Origin: an uncultured Gammaproteobacteria bacterium
GTDB lineage: Bacteria; Patescibacteriota; Patescibacteriia; Patescibacteriales; UBA12465
Assembly (NCBI GenBank): GCA_964483295.1
Contig: CAZAAD010000002.1
Coordinates: forward strand, 936-64,935
DNA length: 64,000 bases
Direction: 5' to 3'
Below are positions 46,249 through 54,372 of this stretch, one piece after another (within the stretch, counting starts at the first letter, position 1; every line of letters starts with the position of its first letter). Position numbers and translations under genes: made by a program. The notes under the pieces were generated by a model that made no database searches, was not told where the DNA came from, and saw nothing but the letters and a program-made list of their open reading frames with translations.

Positions 46249-47472
46249 TTACAGATTTAATGATAAAAATTTATCTAAGAATTTCTGCGCCCCCGCTTGA
46301 CGTACCGGGTGCAAGACTTCCAACAATTTTTCAACTGGCACAAAGCGCCAAGCAACATGATCCCAAAATTTTATTTTAATTTCTGATTCATCACCAGTAA
46401 AGCGGGCAATATATAAACTTTGTGTCTGCCCCTTAAAATCAAATTTATATTTTTTAGTTTCAAAATTTTCTAGCCTTTCTGATTCTTGAAGCAGTTGTTT
46501 TCTAAGCGCCCCCTGGAAATCATAACGATGGACATTTCTGAACACCGCTTTAGTTTCAAGTGAGGTCACGTTAATCTCTTCCCATAACTCGCGCTTGCCG
46601 GCGATTTCAACATCCTCACCATCGGTTCCGCCTTGTGGTAGTTGCCAATGACCAGGACTATCTTCTCTCTCCACAATTAAAACCTCTTTACCGGCTGGCG
46701 TATCACGATATAACCAACAAGCAACATTCGGTCGATAGCGAAAACGATTTATAAAACGTGCCCGGATAACTTTAATAGCAAAAACCATCGTAGCGCGAAA
46801 AATCCGGCGATATCTTTTAGGCTGAATAATTAAGCGCCAAAGCCATTCTAGGCCTAAGTGCCGCCAAAGAGAAGGTGCGCGCCTGGCTTTACCAGTTAAA
46901 AAATCAAAAGAACCCCCGATTCCTAAAGCAACTTTTACACTCGGTAATTTTTTTAAATTATGATAAATAACTTTCTCCTGATAAGGAAAACCTAAGCCAC
47001 AAAAAAGTAGCTGAGGTGACAAGTCATTAATATTTTTTATGAGACTAGGAGCTAGCTCTAAATTTCGCGGGGCGTCAAAGGCAGTAGCGTCTAATCCAGG
47101 AAATTTTTTACTGATTGCTTGTAAAATTTCTTCTTTTGTTGAAAGACCGTTTTCCCAATTAATTATTGCTATTTTAACATTGTTTCTCGCAGCATAACCT
47201 AACAACGCAAAAGTAGTGTCAGCGCCGGTGACGCGTTGTACTTTTACGCCTAATAACTTACCAGCAATTTTTAAACCAAAACCATCAGCAAGAGATAGAT
47301 CGGCTTTGTTTAAAATATAAAAAAACTCCTCATCTTCATGAGCAGATAAGATAATTTCCGGATTCGGGGTGACGATATAATGTTGTTTGTCGTCTTGTAA
47401 AAATCCTTCAATCTTATTAAGCGTTTCTGGAGCCGATAATTCGCTTAATTTTATTCCCAAAATATTAGCCAT
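46249..47472 (-). CDS. WecG/TagA/CpsF-family glycosyltransferase fused to a C-terminal Nudix hydrolase domain
   Basis: The N-terminal 230 aa matches the TagA family (IVTPNPEIIL, ADLSLADGFG, GLEWLWRLIIQPKRYRR). The C-terminal ~170 aa has a Nudix box GGTDGEDVEIAGKRELWEEINV. Confidence 0.8.
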   Translation of the reverse strand: MANILGIKLSELSAPETLNKIEGFLQDDKQHYIVTPNPEIILSAHEDEEFFYILNKADLSLADGFGLKIAGKLLGVKVQRVTGADTTFALLGYAARNNVKIAIINWENGLSTKEEILQAISKKFPGLDATAFDAPRNLELAPSLIKNINDLSPQLLFCGLGFPYQEKVIYHNLKKLPSVKVALGIGGSFDFLTGKARRAPSLWRHLGLEWLWRLIIQPKRYRRIFRATMVFAIKVIRARFINRFRYRPNVACWLYRDTPAGKEVLIVEREDSPGHWQLPQGGTDGEDVEIAGKRELWEEINVTSLETKAVFRNVHRYDFQGALRKQLLQESERLENFETKKYKFDFKGQTQSLYIARFTGDESEIKIKFWDHVAWRFVPVEKLLEVLHPVRQAGAQKFLDKFLSLNL

Positions 47473-47533
47473 ATGTTATAATTCGGATATACTGATTTTA
47501 TTATAAAAAAAGGCTTTAGTCAAAGATTTTACT

Positions 47534-48499
47534 ATGCAATATTATCGGAAAATATCCGACCGGGTAGAGGTTATTAAAATAGATAATCCACGCAACCAAA
47601 GCTCAGGCGTTCAGTGGGTTAATATTATTAATTCTGGTAAGACAGAAATTAATTATTTACGTAAGAATTTTAATTTTGATTTGTCTCATTTACGAGCTAC
47701 AGCTGCGTCTATGACGGCCCAAAGACCAGCCGTTTTCAAGACTCCTAAGTATCTTTTTTTAATTCTACATTTTCCCACCACTAAAGATGAGCGAGTTATC
47801 CCGGGAGAGGTTGATTTCTTTGTTGGTCACGGATTTTTAGTAACTTCCCATAACAATAACTTACCCGCGTTAAGCAGTTTTTTTAATCTCGGGAAAAAAG
47901 ACCCTGATTCCCTGTTGTCATTTTCTCTAGAATCATCCGCTATTTTATTATATGAAATTTTAGAAAGATTAATTAATGATTGCTACCGCCTGCTCGATAA
48001 CAATAGCGTTGAAATCCAACATGTGGAGGAGTTGATTTTTTCCGGAAAACAGAAAGAAGCTGTTGAGCGAATTTTACTGTTACGCCGCAATATTATCAAT
48101 ATTCGCAAGATAATGCAGAACCATAAGAATATTCTCAAAGAGTTAACAACCATGAAGAGTAGCCTAGTTGATCCTGTGGCAATTAAAAAATATTATACTA
48201 TTCTCGTAGAAGATTCAAAAAGACTCTGGGAAAATTTAGATAATCAAAAGGAGATGGTTGAAGTTTTAAATGGCACGAACGAGTCCCTCTTAAACAATCA
48301 GATGAATGCCGTCATGAAAACTTTGACTATTTTTTCGGTAATTGTCTTTCCTTTAACTTTATTAGCCGCTATTTTTGGCATGAATGCTATTAATATGCCA
48401 CTAGTTAATATGGAACATGGTTTCTGGATTATTGTTGCTATTATGCTTCTTGGCAGTATTGGCATGATTATAATTTTCCGTCATAAGCGTTGGCTGTAA
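47534..48499 (+). CDS. corA: CorA-family magnesium/cobalt transporter
   Basis: Two C-terminal TM helices with the GMN motif (IFGMNAINMP). Confidence 0.9.
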   Translation: MQYYRKISDRVEVIKIDNPRNQSSGVQWVNIINSGKTEINYLRKNFNFDLSHLRATAASMTAQRPAVFKTPKYLFLILHFPTTKDERVIPGEVDFFVGHGFLVTSHNNNLPALSSFFNLGKKDPDSLLSFSLESSAILLYEILERLINDCYRLLDNNSVEIQHVEELIFSGKQKEAVERILLLRRNIINIRKIMQNHKNILKELTTMKSSLVDPVAIKKYYTILVEDSKRLWENLDNQKEMVEVLNGTNESLLNNQMNAVMKTLTIFSVIVFPLTLLAAIFGMNAINMPLVNMEHGFWIIVAIMLLGSIGMIIIFRHKRWL

Positions 48500-48524
48500 T
48501 TTCCCGCTTATTATTTTACCAAAG

Positions 48525-48557
48525 AAAAAACCGCCCTCAATTGAGAAGCGGTTTTTA
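48525..48557. terminator. hairpin terminator between corA and the convergent lipoprotein gene
   Basis: aaccgc / gcggtt stem (13-nt loop) with an A-run before it and a T-run after it. Confidence 0.5.
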
Positions 48558-48602
48558 TGAACCTATTTTTTAGGTCAGAATTTAAAACTTACAAAGAACT
48601 TT

Positions 48603-49748
48603 TTACACTTTCAGGATGGAAATCCTGACGTTTTTGAAATAAGAGTCGTAAAAGAAACTCTTACTCATATTACCGGAATAAGTGGTCGGCGCGGCGCTAT
48701 TTGGCCCGTAGCGGAAACCAGAGACCTTACCAAGCATTTCCGTAACGGGTAATTCAATTTGTCCCCATTCAGGAAAATTTGGTACTGAGTACATCGTAAT
48801 CGGTGAGCCATACGTGCCGCCAGCTAGCTCTCTAACAACGAAGGCGGCGGTAGTAAAATTTCCATCAAGACGGAAATAGAGCGTTACCTTGCCGGTAGTA
48901 GCGTCACCTGTTTGATTAAAACGGAAGTAGCCATCACCAGAGGCGCCGGGAAGATTATCCGCAATGTAAGAATCTCCGCGAGGGGTAATCGTTCCAGCGT
49001 CAAACCAGAAAATAGCTAGTCCTGGTTCAGCGGTTTTAACAAAACTCGAGCCACTGTAGTCAGCCCAGATGTTACCAGAATGAACCAAGGCGATACTGTA
49101 CTCCTCTTTAATCTTTAGATTCAATTTGACTCCGACATATTTACCAACATCAGTGGTAGTGGCCGGTTTACCATCAGTGCCGATGACATAGTTTTTTTCA
49201 GCGTCAAGGATAACTGTTTTCTGCCAACCAGTAACTGAGCCGGTAAAATAGAGAACGTTATCAGTCGCATAGCGAAGCCTTTCTTTGGCAAATAGGAATA
49301 AAACATCCCAAGAACCATCAGTCTTCGCTGTTACAAAGTAACGAATCGGGTCTGATTTACTAATATCAGCAACAGACTGGACCGTAAACGTCCTAGTTTC
49401 AGTGCTGTTATCCGCAAATTTCGCAACGACCTTAACCGATACGGCGCCGAGCGTAGTAAATTTATGAGTGACCTGTACTGCTTTGTAAGTAGTACTTTCA
49501 ATCGTCCACTCAGCTTCCGTAACAGCAGAAGTGGTTTTCGATTCAACTTTCATCCCTGTGCCTATGCCCTGTTGGACATAAATAGCACCAACTTCAGAAT
49601 TGAAACCACTGGCAGATTTTAAAACGAGCTTAGACTCGCTTGCAACCTGTTCCTCGTCAGTAATAGGTGGTTCGAATTCTTCAAATTCACAACTGGCAGC
49701 CATAATGGCTACAAAAACTACAATGAAAAAAAATCTTAACTTTTTCAT
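48603..49748 (-). CDS. predicted lipoprotein of unknown function (PKD/Ig-like segment)
   Basis: Signal peptide with lipobox AASC followed by acidic residues. There is a PKD-like stretch (WTIESTTYKAVQVTHKFTTLGAVSVKVVAKF). Confidence 0.6.
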   Translation of the reverse strand: MKKLRFFFIVVFVAIMAASCEFEEFEPPITDEEQVASESKLVLKSASGFNSEVGAIYVQQGIGTGMKVESKTTSAVTEAEWTIESTTYKAVQVTHKFTTLGAVSVKVVAKFADNSTETRTFTVQSVADISKSDPIRYFVTAKTDGSWDVLFLFAKERLRYATDNVLYFTGSVTGWQKTVILDAEKNYVIGTDGKPATTTDVGKYVGVKLNLKIKEEYSIALVHSGNIWADYSGSSFVKTAEPGLAIFWFDAGTITPRGDSYIADNLPGASGDGYFRFNQTGDATTGKVTLYFRLDGNFTTAAFVVRELAGGTYGSPITMYSVPNFPEWGQIELPVTEMLGKVSGFRYGPNSAAPTTYSGNMSKSFFYDSYFKNVRISILKV

Positions 49749-49750
49749 GA

Positions 49751-49770
49751 TTAACGGGCCTCCATACCCG
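49751..49770 (-). promoter_or_regulatory. conserved intercistronic leader: CGGGTATGGAGGCCCG with a GGAGG box and the mini-ORF ATG GAG GCC CGT TAA
   Basis: Read on the minus strand. The mini-ORF (49765-49751) stops 2 nt before the main ATG at 49748. A near-identical copy lies at 53446-53465. Confidence 0.4.
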
Positions 49771-49819
49771 AGTTTTTATTTGTTATTATTTAGTTTTTAA
49801 AGTTCCAGCTAACTATATT

Positions 49820-50923
49820 TTAATTTAAGCTGCTGCCTGATTGATAAACCGCTAAAGTCTTGTCGGCAATTTTACGCCAATCAAAGACTTCTTCGGCTCG
49901 TTTTTTACCCTTAACTCCAAGTTCGGCCATTTCTGTCGGATTATCTAGGGCGTAAGCTAAACGCTTGCTTAGCATCTCTACATTCTTGGATTCAAAATAT
50001 AAAGCCGTATCATTAGCTGCCTGCCGGTTAGCACTAATCTCACTGACAATGCACGGTAGGCCATGTGCTAAAGCTTCCAATAAGGAAATTGATAAACCCT
50101 CCATCTCAGACGACTGCACAAACAAAGCGGCATTACTATAAAGCTGATCCAGTGCTTCACCTGATTGATTGCCCGTAAAAATTACACGCGGATCACTAGC
50201 GGCTAGTTTTTCCAATTCTTCTTTATACTCACCTTCGCCAACAATTGCTAACTTGATTTTCGCGTCTGGTAAATTTTTTAAAGCTTCAATTAAATACTGA
50301 ATACCTTTTAAACGAATGATTCGAGAAACACTGATAATATATTTGCCTGGCTCTAAACCAAATGGTAATAAGTGGGCAGTGCCTTCATGGCGATGAATAA
50401 AAGCGCCATTAGGAATAATAATGCTTTCACGGTTATATCTCTGCCACAAGTAATCACGCATCACATCAGTCAAAACAATTACCTCATGGGCATATTTACA
50501 CATAATTTTTTCACCCAAACGCAACATCGCTTTGGCAAAGCCGCTCCATTTATCATTGCCATAGTCAAAACTATGTAAAGTCGCAACTACCTTAATCTTA
50601 GGTGCAAATACTCGAGGAAGCCAAGATAGTAAAGATGGTCCAATACCGTGGAAATGAATAATGTCAACTTTTTTTCTCATTGCATCAATCGTGGCTAAAA
50701 AGCCATGAGTGATAGCGGCTAAATTTTTATTATCAATAAATGGTAAATGTACTAAGCGCACACCTTTCCATTCACTAATTTTTTCCGGTAGATAACCATT
50801 GCGATTATATACGATAACCTCTTCCCCTTTCATAGCCAAAAACATCGCCAAACTCTCAACGTGACGATCAACGCCGCCACTTTTAGTAGGGATACCTTTT
50901 TGTCCAACGAAAGCTGTTTTCAT
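49820..50923 (-). CDS. GT4-family glycosyltransferase (DUF1972-like N-terminus)
   Basis: FVGQKGIPTKSGGVDRHVE N-terminus and the EX7E region SEMEGLSISLLEALAHGLP. Confidence 0.85.
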   Translation of the reverse strand: MKTAFVGQKGIPTKSGGVDRHVESLAMFLAMKGEEVIVYNRNGYLPEKISEWKGVRLVHLPFIDNKNLAAITHGFLATIDAMRKKVDIIHFHGIGPSLLSWLPRVFAPKIKVVATLHSFDYGNDKWSGFAKAMLRLGEKIMCKYAHEVIVLTDVMRDYLWQRYNRESIIIPNGAFIHRHEGTAHLLPFGLEPGKYIISVSRIIRLKGIQYLIEALKNLPDAKIKLAIVGEGEYKEELEKLAASDPRVIFTGNQSGEALDQLYSNAALFVQSSEMEGLSISLLEALAHGLPCIVSEISANRQAANDTALYFESKNVEMLSKRLAYALDNPTEMAELGVKGKKRAEEVFDWRKIADKTLAVYQSGSSLN

Positions 50924-50945
50924 ATATTGTTTTTGGAAACCTTAT

Positions 50946-50974
50946 ATTATACTTAATATATTATTATTTGTCAA
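50946..50974 (-). promoter_or_regulatory. consensus sigma70 promoter (proximal) for the GT4-lipoprotein bicistron
   Basis: The minus strand reads TTGACA (50974-50969), 17-nt spacer, TATAAT (50951-50946). Confidence 0.55.
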
Positions 50975-50977
50975 TAA

Positions 50978-51006
50978 ATTATATCATATATTTTTAATTT
51001 TGTCAA
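50978..51006 (-). promoter_or_regulatory. second consensus sigma70 promoter (distal), in tandem
   Basis: The minus strand reads TTGACA (51006-51001), 17-nt spacer, TATAAT (50983-50978). Confidence 0.5.
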
Positions 51007-51013
51007 TAAAAAG

Positions 51014-51042
51014 ACCCCTGGAACTTGGTAGTATCCAGGGGT
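51014..51042 (-). terminator. rho-independent terminator after ORF 51070-51858
   Basis: acccctgg / ccaggggt stem. The minus strand has a T-rich run after it (plus-strand aataaaaag). Confidence 0.55.
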
Positions 51043-51069
51043 TTGATTTCTTGGCTGATTTTAGCCATT

Positions 51070-51858
51070 TTACCTTTGGGTCGCAAAGACCCAATAATTA
51101 CCGGATTTAGTCATTGTTTTTAATGCCCAGCCGGTATAAGGGCATTTGATTTCAACCTGGTTGTTAAAGGAAAGTCCGCCAGCTTGAAGAGATTTTTGTA
51201 TCATTTCATCAGATACATAAAATACCCCGTCAAGCGTGACCCCATAATCACCTTCATAGAATTCAGTAGGCTCAACCTTCCAGTTGTAGCCTTTAACTTG
51301 ATTATCCGTTGGCGCTTTGGAAAACATAACACCCTGATTCATGGCGTAATGTGGGAAATAACAGTCTTCCCTTCCATTTGCCCTAACGCAGAAAATAATT
51401 TCTCCACCTTGGCGAAGATAATCGAGATTCGCTGTACCAGGGGTACCAGATTTTAAATTTCCAGTTGACGGTGGCGTTGGCGCAACTGCTGATTTACTAG
51501 CAGTAGGCGCAGTCACTGTAGTTGGAGCTTTAGTCGTTGTTGTTGTCGGTTTTCTTACCGTAGTTGTGCTACTGCTGTTTGTAACCGGAATTTTTGATTC
51601 CAGACAATCAATTAATTTAGCATTAGCCACGGCTAGTTCAGAATTTAAGCGATTAACTTCCGCTTCCAGTTGTGCAATACGGACTGCTTCGGCACAAGGA
51701 TCTGCACCGACAGTCTGACTCGATGAGGACTTTTGTCCTCCGCCTTTTTGGCCATCACAGCTATAAAAGCCGTAAACGCCAAGGATAATGACAACCGCCA
51801 CCACTCCAATCCAAGTAAGTAATCTTCTGTCCATTTTTCTTTCTTTTTGGTGATACAA
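51070..51858 (-). CDS. membrane-anchored surface protein: TM, coiled coil, Thr/Pro-rich linker and unknown C-terminal domain ('domain X')
   Basis: TM WIGVVAVVIILGVYGFY, coiled coil IAQLEAEVNRLNSELAVANAKL, and linker SSSTTTVRKPTTTTTKAPTTVTAPT. The C-terminal ~110 aa is homologous to the C-terminus of ORF 52940-53443. Confidence 0.6.
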   Translation of the reverse strand: MYHQKERKMDRRLLTWIGVVAVVIILGVYGFYSCDGQKGGGQKSSSSQTVGADPCAEAVRIAQLEAEVNRLNSELAVANAKLIDCLESKIPVTNSSSTTTVRKPTTTTTKAPTTVTAPTASKSAVAPTPPSTGNLKSGTPGTANLDYLRQGGEIIFCVRANGREDCYFPHYAMNQGVMFSKAPTDNQVKGYNWKVEPTEFYEGDYGVTLDGVFYVSDEMIQKSLQAGGLSFNNQVEIKCPYTGWALKTMTKSGNYWVFATQR

Positions 51859-51880
51859 TATTTTTTTAGAATGTTTTCCC

Positions 51881-52759
51881 TTACCTGATATTAAAGGGCA
51901 TAAAGTTTAGACCGATAACGAATTGCCGGTCATTAGCGTGCGGAATAAAATCTCCAGTTTGCATTTTATATAATGCGTAAACTGATAAGAAATCATCCCA
52001 ACCACGTTTTTTTAAGGCCAGTTCTGGACCAATCGCTAACCAATTACTTTTGTCGCCCACATAATGATAGCGGCCAACATAAATCTTTGGTTCTAGTAAG
52101 GTATTCATTCGCCCAATTTGGACAATGCTCTGCTTTAGTTCAACACCATAAGCAGACTTGTTCCACATAACCGATTCTTTAATCGGAGAATTATTCCAAA
52201 AGGAAGTCTTCTCTGAGTTGAGTGGTCTTTGGGCTGTTAAGCGTAATTGTGTCCGTGGTAATAAATTTTCTCTAAACCCGAAGGTCTTTAAAAAATTTAA
52301 ATTTAATTCGCCAGACAACATCAGGTCTTTCTGTTTAGCGTCATAATAACCAATTTGGTTTTTAAAGCTAACAGATTCTCCTTCGCCAATATCCTGACTT
52401 TTCTTGAGCATCAAGTTAAGTCCAAAGTATCCGCTATGAGATTGAGTTAAGACCTCAACGTATTTACCAGCTGCTAAGCCGGCACCAAAATCAGTGCTTG
52501 AGCCTTTATAAAACTCATTTTTGCTTTCGGTTTTAAAGCCTACTTGCGAAGCAACTGCACAGAACCCAATGTTGAGTCCGTCAGCAGTTTTTATGGGCAT
52601 GTACTCAGCGTACATTCCATACCAGCCACCGTTGTTATTCCCGTTCTTCTGAGCAGCATAGCCACCGGCGAAAAAGGAAATATTAACGTTGTCCCGGAAT
52701 TGGGCAAAGCTTGGCATTGCCAAAGCTAATACCAAAAACAAAAACACCAGTTTTTTCAT
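51881..52759 (-). CDS. predicted beta-barrel (outer-membrane-protein-like) protein
   Basis: Cleavable signal ending AMPSFAQ. About 12 amphipathic alternating strands (NVNISFFAGGYAA, GWYGMYAEYMPI, LNIGFCAVASQVGFKT, ... QFVIGLNFMPFNIR). The C-terminus is aromatic-rich. Confidence 0.5.
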   Translation of the reverse strand: MKKLVFLFLVLALAMPSFAQFRDNVNISFFAGGYAAQKNGNNNGGWYGMYAEYMPIKTADGLNIGFCAVASQVGFKTESKNEFYKGSSTDFGAGLAAGKYVEVLTQSHSGYFGLNLMLKKSQDIGEGESVSFKNQIGYYDAKQKDLMLSGELNLNFLKTFGFRENLLPRTQLRLTAQRPLNSEKTSFWNNSPIKESVMWNKSAYGVELKQSIVQIGRMNTLLEPKIYVGRYHYVGDKSNWLAIGPELALKKRGWDDFLSVYALYKMQTGDFIPHANDRQFVIGLNFMPFNIR

Positions 52760-52818
52760 GTCTTATTTATTTTTTTGTTAATGTTCGTTTATCAATAACC
52801 CAAAAAGATTATCTTAGC

Positions 52819-52847
52819 ATTATACACTATTTCTTAAAATATGTCAA
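52819..52847 (-). promoter_or_regulatory. consensus sigma70 promoter for the barrel and domain-X bicistron
   Basis: The minus strand reads TTGACA (52847-52842), 17-nt spacer, TATAAT (52824-52819). Confidence 0.55.
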
Positions 52848-52877
52848 TATGTACCAATGTCTGTCTAGTTTTTAATA

Positions 52878-52912
52878 AAGAAAAAACCCTGAAGAAAAAT
52901 CATCTTCAGGGT
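52878..52912 (-). terminator. rho-independent terminator after ORF 52940-53443
   Basis: accctgaaga / tcttcagggt stem (10 bp). On the minus strand it is followed by TTTTTTCTTT. Confidence 0.65.
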
Positions 52913-52939
52913 TCTTGGCTAATAATAAATTAATAGCCG

Positions 52940-53443
52940 TTAAAAATTGGGAAGCTTGTAAACAAGCGCTGGTTGACCGTCGATATTGGCTTCGCTCATT
53001 TTTATTGGTACCCAGGCTGGGTTGCCAATATATTCAGCGAATTGGGTCATGCCATTTGCGGTCAGAAAACTGACTTTACAGAACACAGTTCCGTCAGGCA
53101 TAACACCATAATCTTCGCTACCAGTAGCCGTTGGCATTAACCCCCAGTTAAAGCCAGCCGGATGACCGTTGCCATAAGCATCGGGACCACCACCGATTAA
53201 AGCGGGCAAATGACCATTCTGACGTCCGTCTAAACGGATGCAAAATAATACACTGCCACTTGGGGCGGCTTCGGCTAAACCTGTGTTACTTTGTAGTAAA
53301 GCTGCTGGTGCCGGAGCATTCATCACGTCGTTGCTTACCGTCTCGCTATTGCGAGAAAAATACATAATTGCCATCACGAGCAACGCTACAGCCAGTAATA
53401 AAACCAGCCAACTCTTTTTTACAAAATCAAGGATTGCATTCAT
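52940..53443 (-). CDS. membrane-anchored protein carrying 'domain X' (short paralogue of ORF 51070-51858)
   Basis: N-terminal TM WLVLLLAVALLVMAIMYF. The C-terminal region aligns to the other copy (VLFCIRLDGRQ / IIFCVRANGRE; GFNWGLMPTATGSEDYGVMPDGTVF / GYNWKVEPTEFYEGDYGVTLDGVFY). Confidence 0.6.
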   Translation of the reverse strand: MNAILDFVKKSWLVLLLAVALLVMAIMYFSRNSETVSNDVMNAPAPAALLQSNTGLAEAAPSGSVLFCIRLDGRQNGHLPALIGGGPDAYGNGHPAGFNWGLMPTATGSEDYGVMPDGTVFCKVSFLTANGMTQFAEYIGNPAWVPIKMSEANIDGQPALVYKLPNF

Positions 53444-53445
53444 TT

Positions 53446-53465
53446 TTATTGGGCCTCCATTCCCG
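53446..53465 (-). promoter_or_regulatory. second copy of the conserved leader: CGGGAATGGAGGCCCA with the mini-ORF ATG GAG GCC CAA TAA
   Basis: Read on the minus strand. The mini-ORF (53460-53446) stops 2 nt before the main ATG at 53443. Confidence 0.4.
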
Positions 53466-53524
53466 TTTGTTTATTAAATTGTTAAAGAAATTACTAACTA
53501 ACTAACTTATATTTAATTACTAAG

Positions 53525-54343
53525 TTATCGATTAATAATATTGCGCATATTGCCGCTTAAATTTTTCGGTTCAGTCATTTCTGGGGATACTGTAAAATTA
53601 TTTTCCGCCTCGTATCCCTGTTGGAATTCGCGCGTACCATAATATTCTAATTCTGGCGCTACTGGTGTTCTAGAAATTCTAGATTGCTTCAAAGTCTTAT
53701 TTTTCTTAATAGATTTACCAAATAAATAAACGCTATATCGTTCTTCCGGTAAAACATAAATATAGAACAAAGAAAAAACTAAGAAACCAATCAAGGCAAG
53801 TAAGCCATTAACTAGCAAATTTGGTTTAACCGGATAGCTAGAGGCTAAAGGCTGATCAATAATATTAATTTGCACGTTTTCACCACCATGATAATTCTGA
53901 TTACTGGTAATCAAAATATCATTAATCGCCAAGGCAATTTTTTTAGCCTCAGATACTTGAGGATGATAAACCGCTACTTCAATAATACCAGTATCACCAT
54001 CAGTCATAGTACTAACTGTTTTCTGCCATTTTTTTAACTGCTGGCTATATTCACCGGTAAAATAATTTTTATCAACACCGTATTTAGATCCACTGACCTG
54101 GTCATAGAAAGATCCGGACGTGACAACCTTAGACAATAATCCGCCTAAATATTCGTTAGAGCGTGATAAAGAATAAGCATCAGCTGAGGACGCATTCTGA
54201 ACGACTAGTAATCTGGATTTAACCCGATAGCTCAGGGGTTGAACCAAGGAAACTAAGAGCACAACCATTACACCAACTAAAGTAATCGTGAAGATGGTTT
54301 GTGCCTTTTTTTGGATGAGTTTTAAGAATTCGTGAAATTCCAT
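53525..54343 (-). CDS. Wzz/chain-length-determinant-like polysaccharide co-polymerase (short form)
   Basis: N-terminal FLKLIQKKAQTIFTITLVGVMVVLLVS...Y.V.S.LLV pattern, a second TM near the C-terminus, and a periplasm-like middle region. Confidence 0.7.
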   Translation of the reverse strand: MEFHEFLKLIQKKAQTIFTITLVGVMVVLLVSLVQPLSYRVKSRLLVVQNASSADAYSLSRSNEYLGGLLSKVVTSGSFYDQVSGSKYGVDKNYFTGEYSQQLKKWQKTVSTMTDGDTGIIEVAVYHPQVSEAKKIALAINDILITSNQNYHGGENVQINIIDQPLASSYPVKPNLLVNGLLALIGFLVFSLFYIYVLPEERYSVYLFGKSIKKNKTLKQSRISRTPVAPELEYYGTREFQQGYEAENNFTVSPEMTEPKNLSGNMRNIINR

Positions 54344-54372
54344 AAATTATATAATCAAAATTTTATCTTGCT

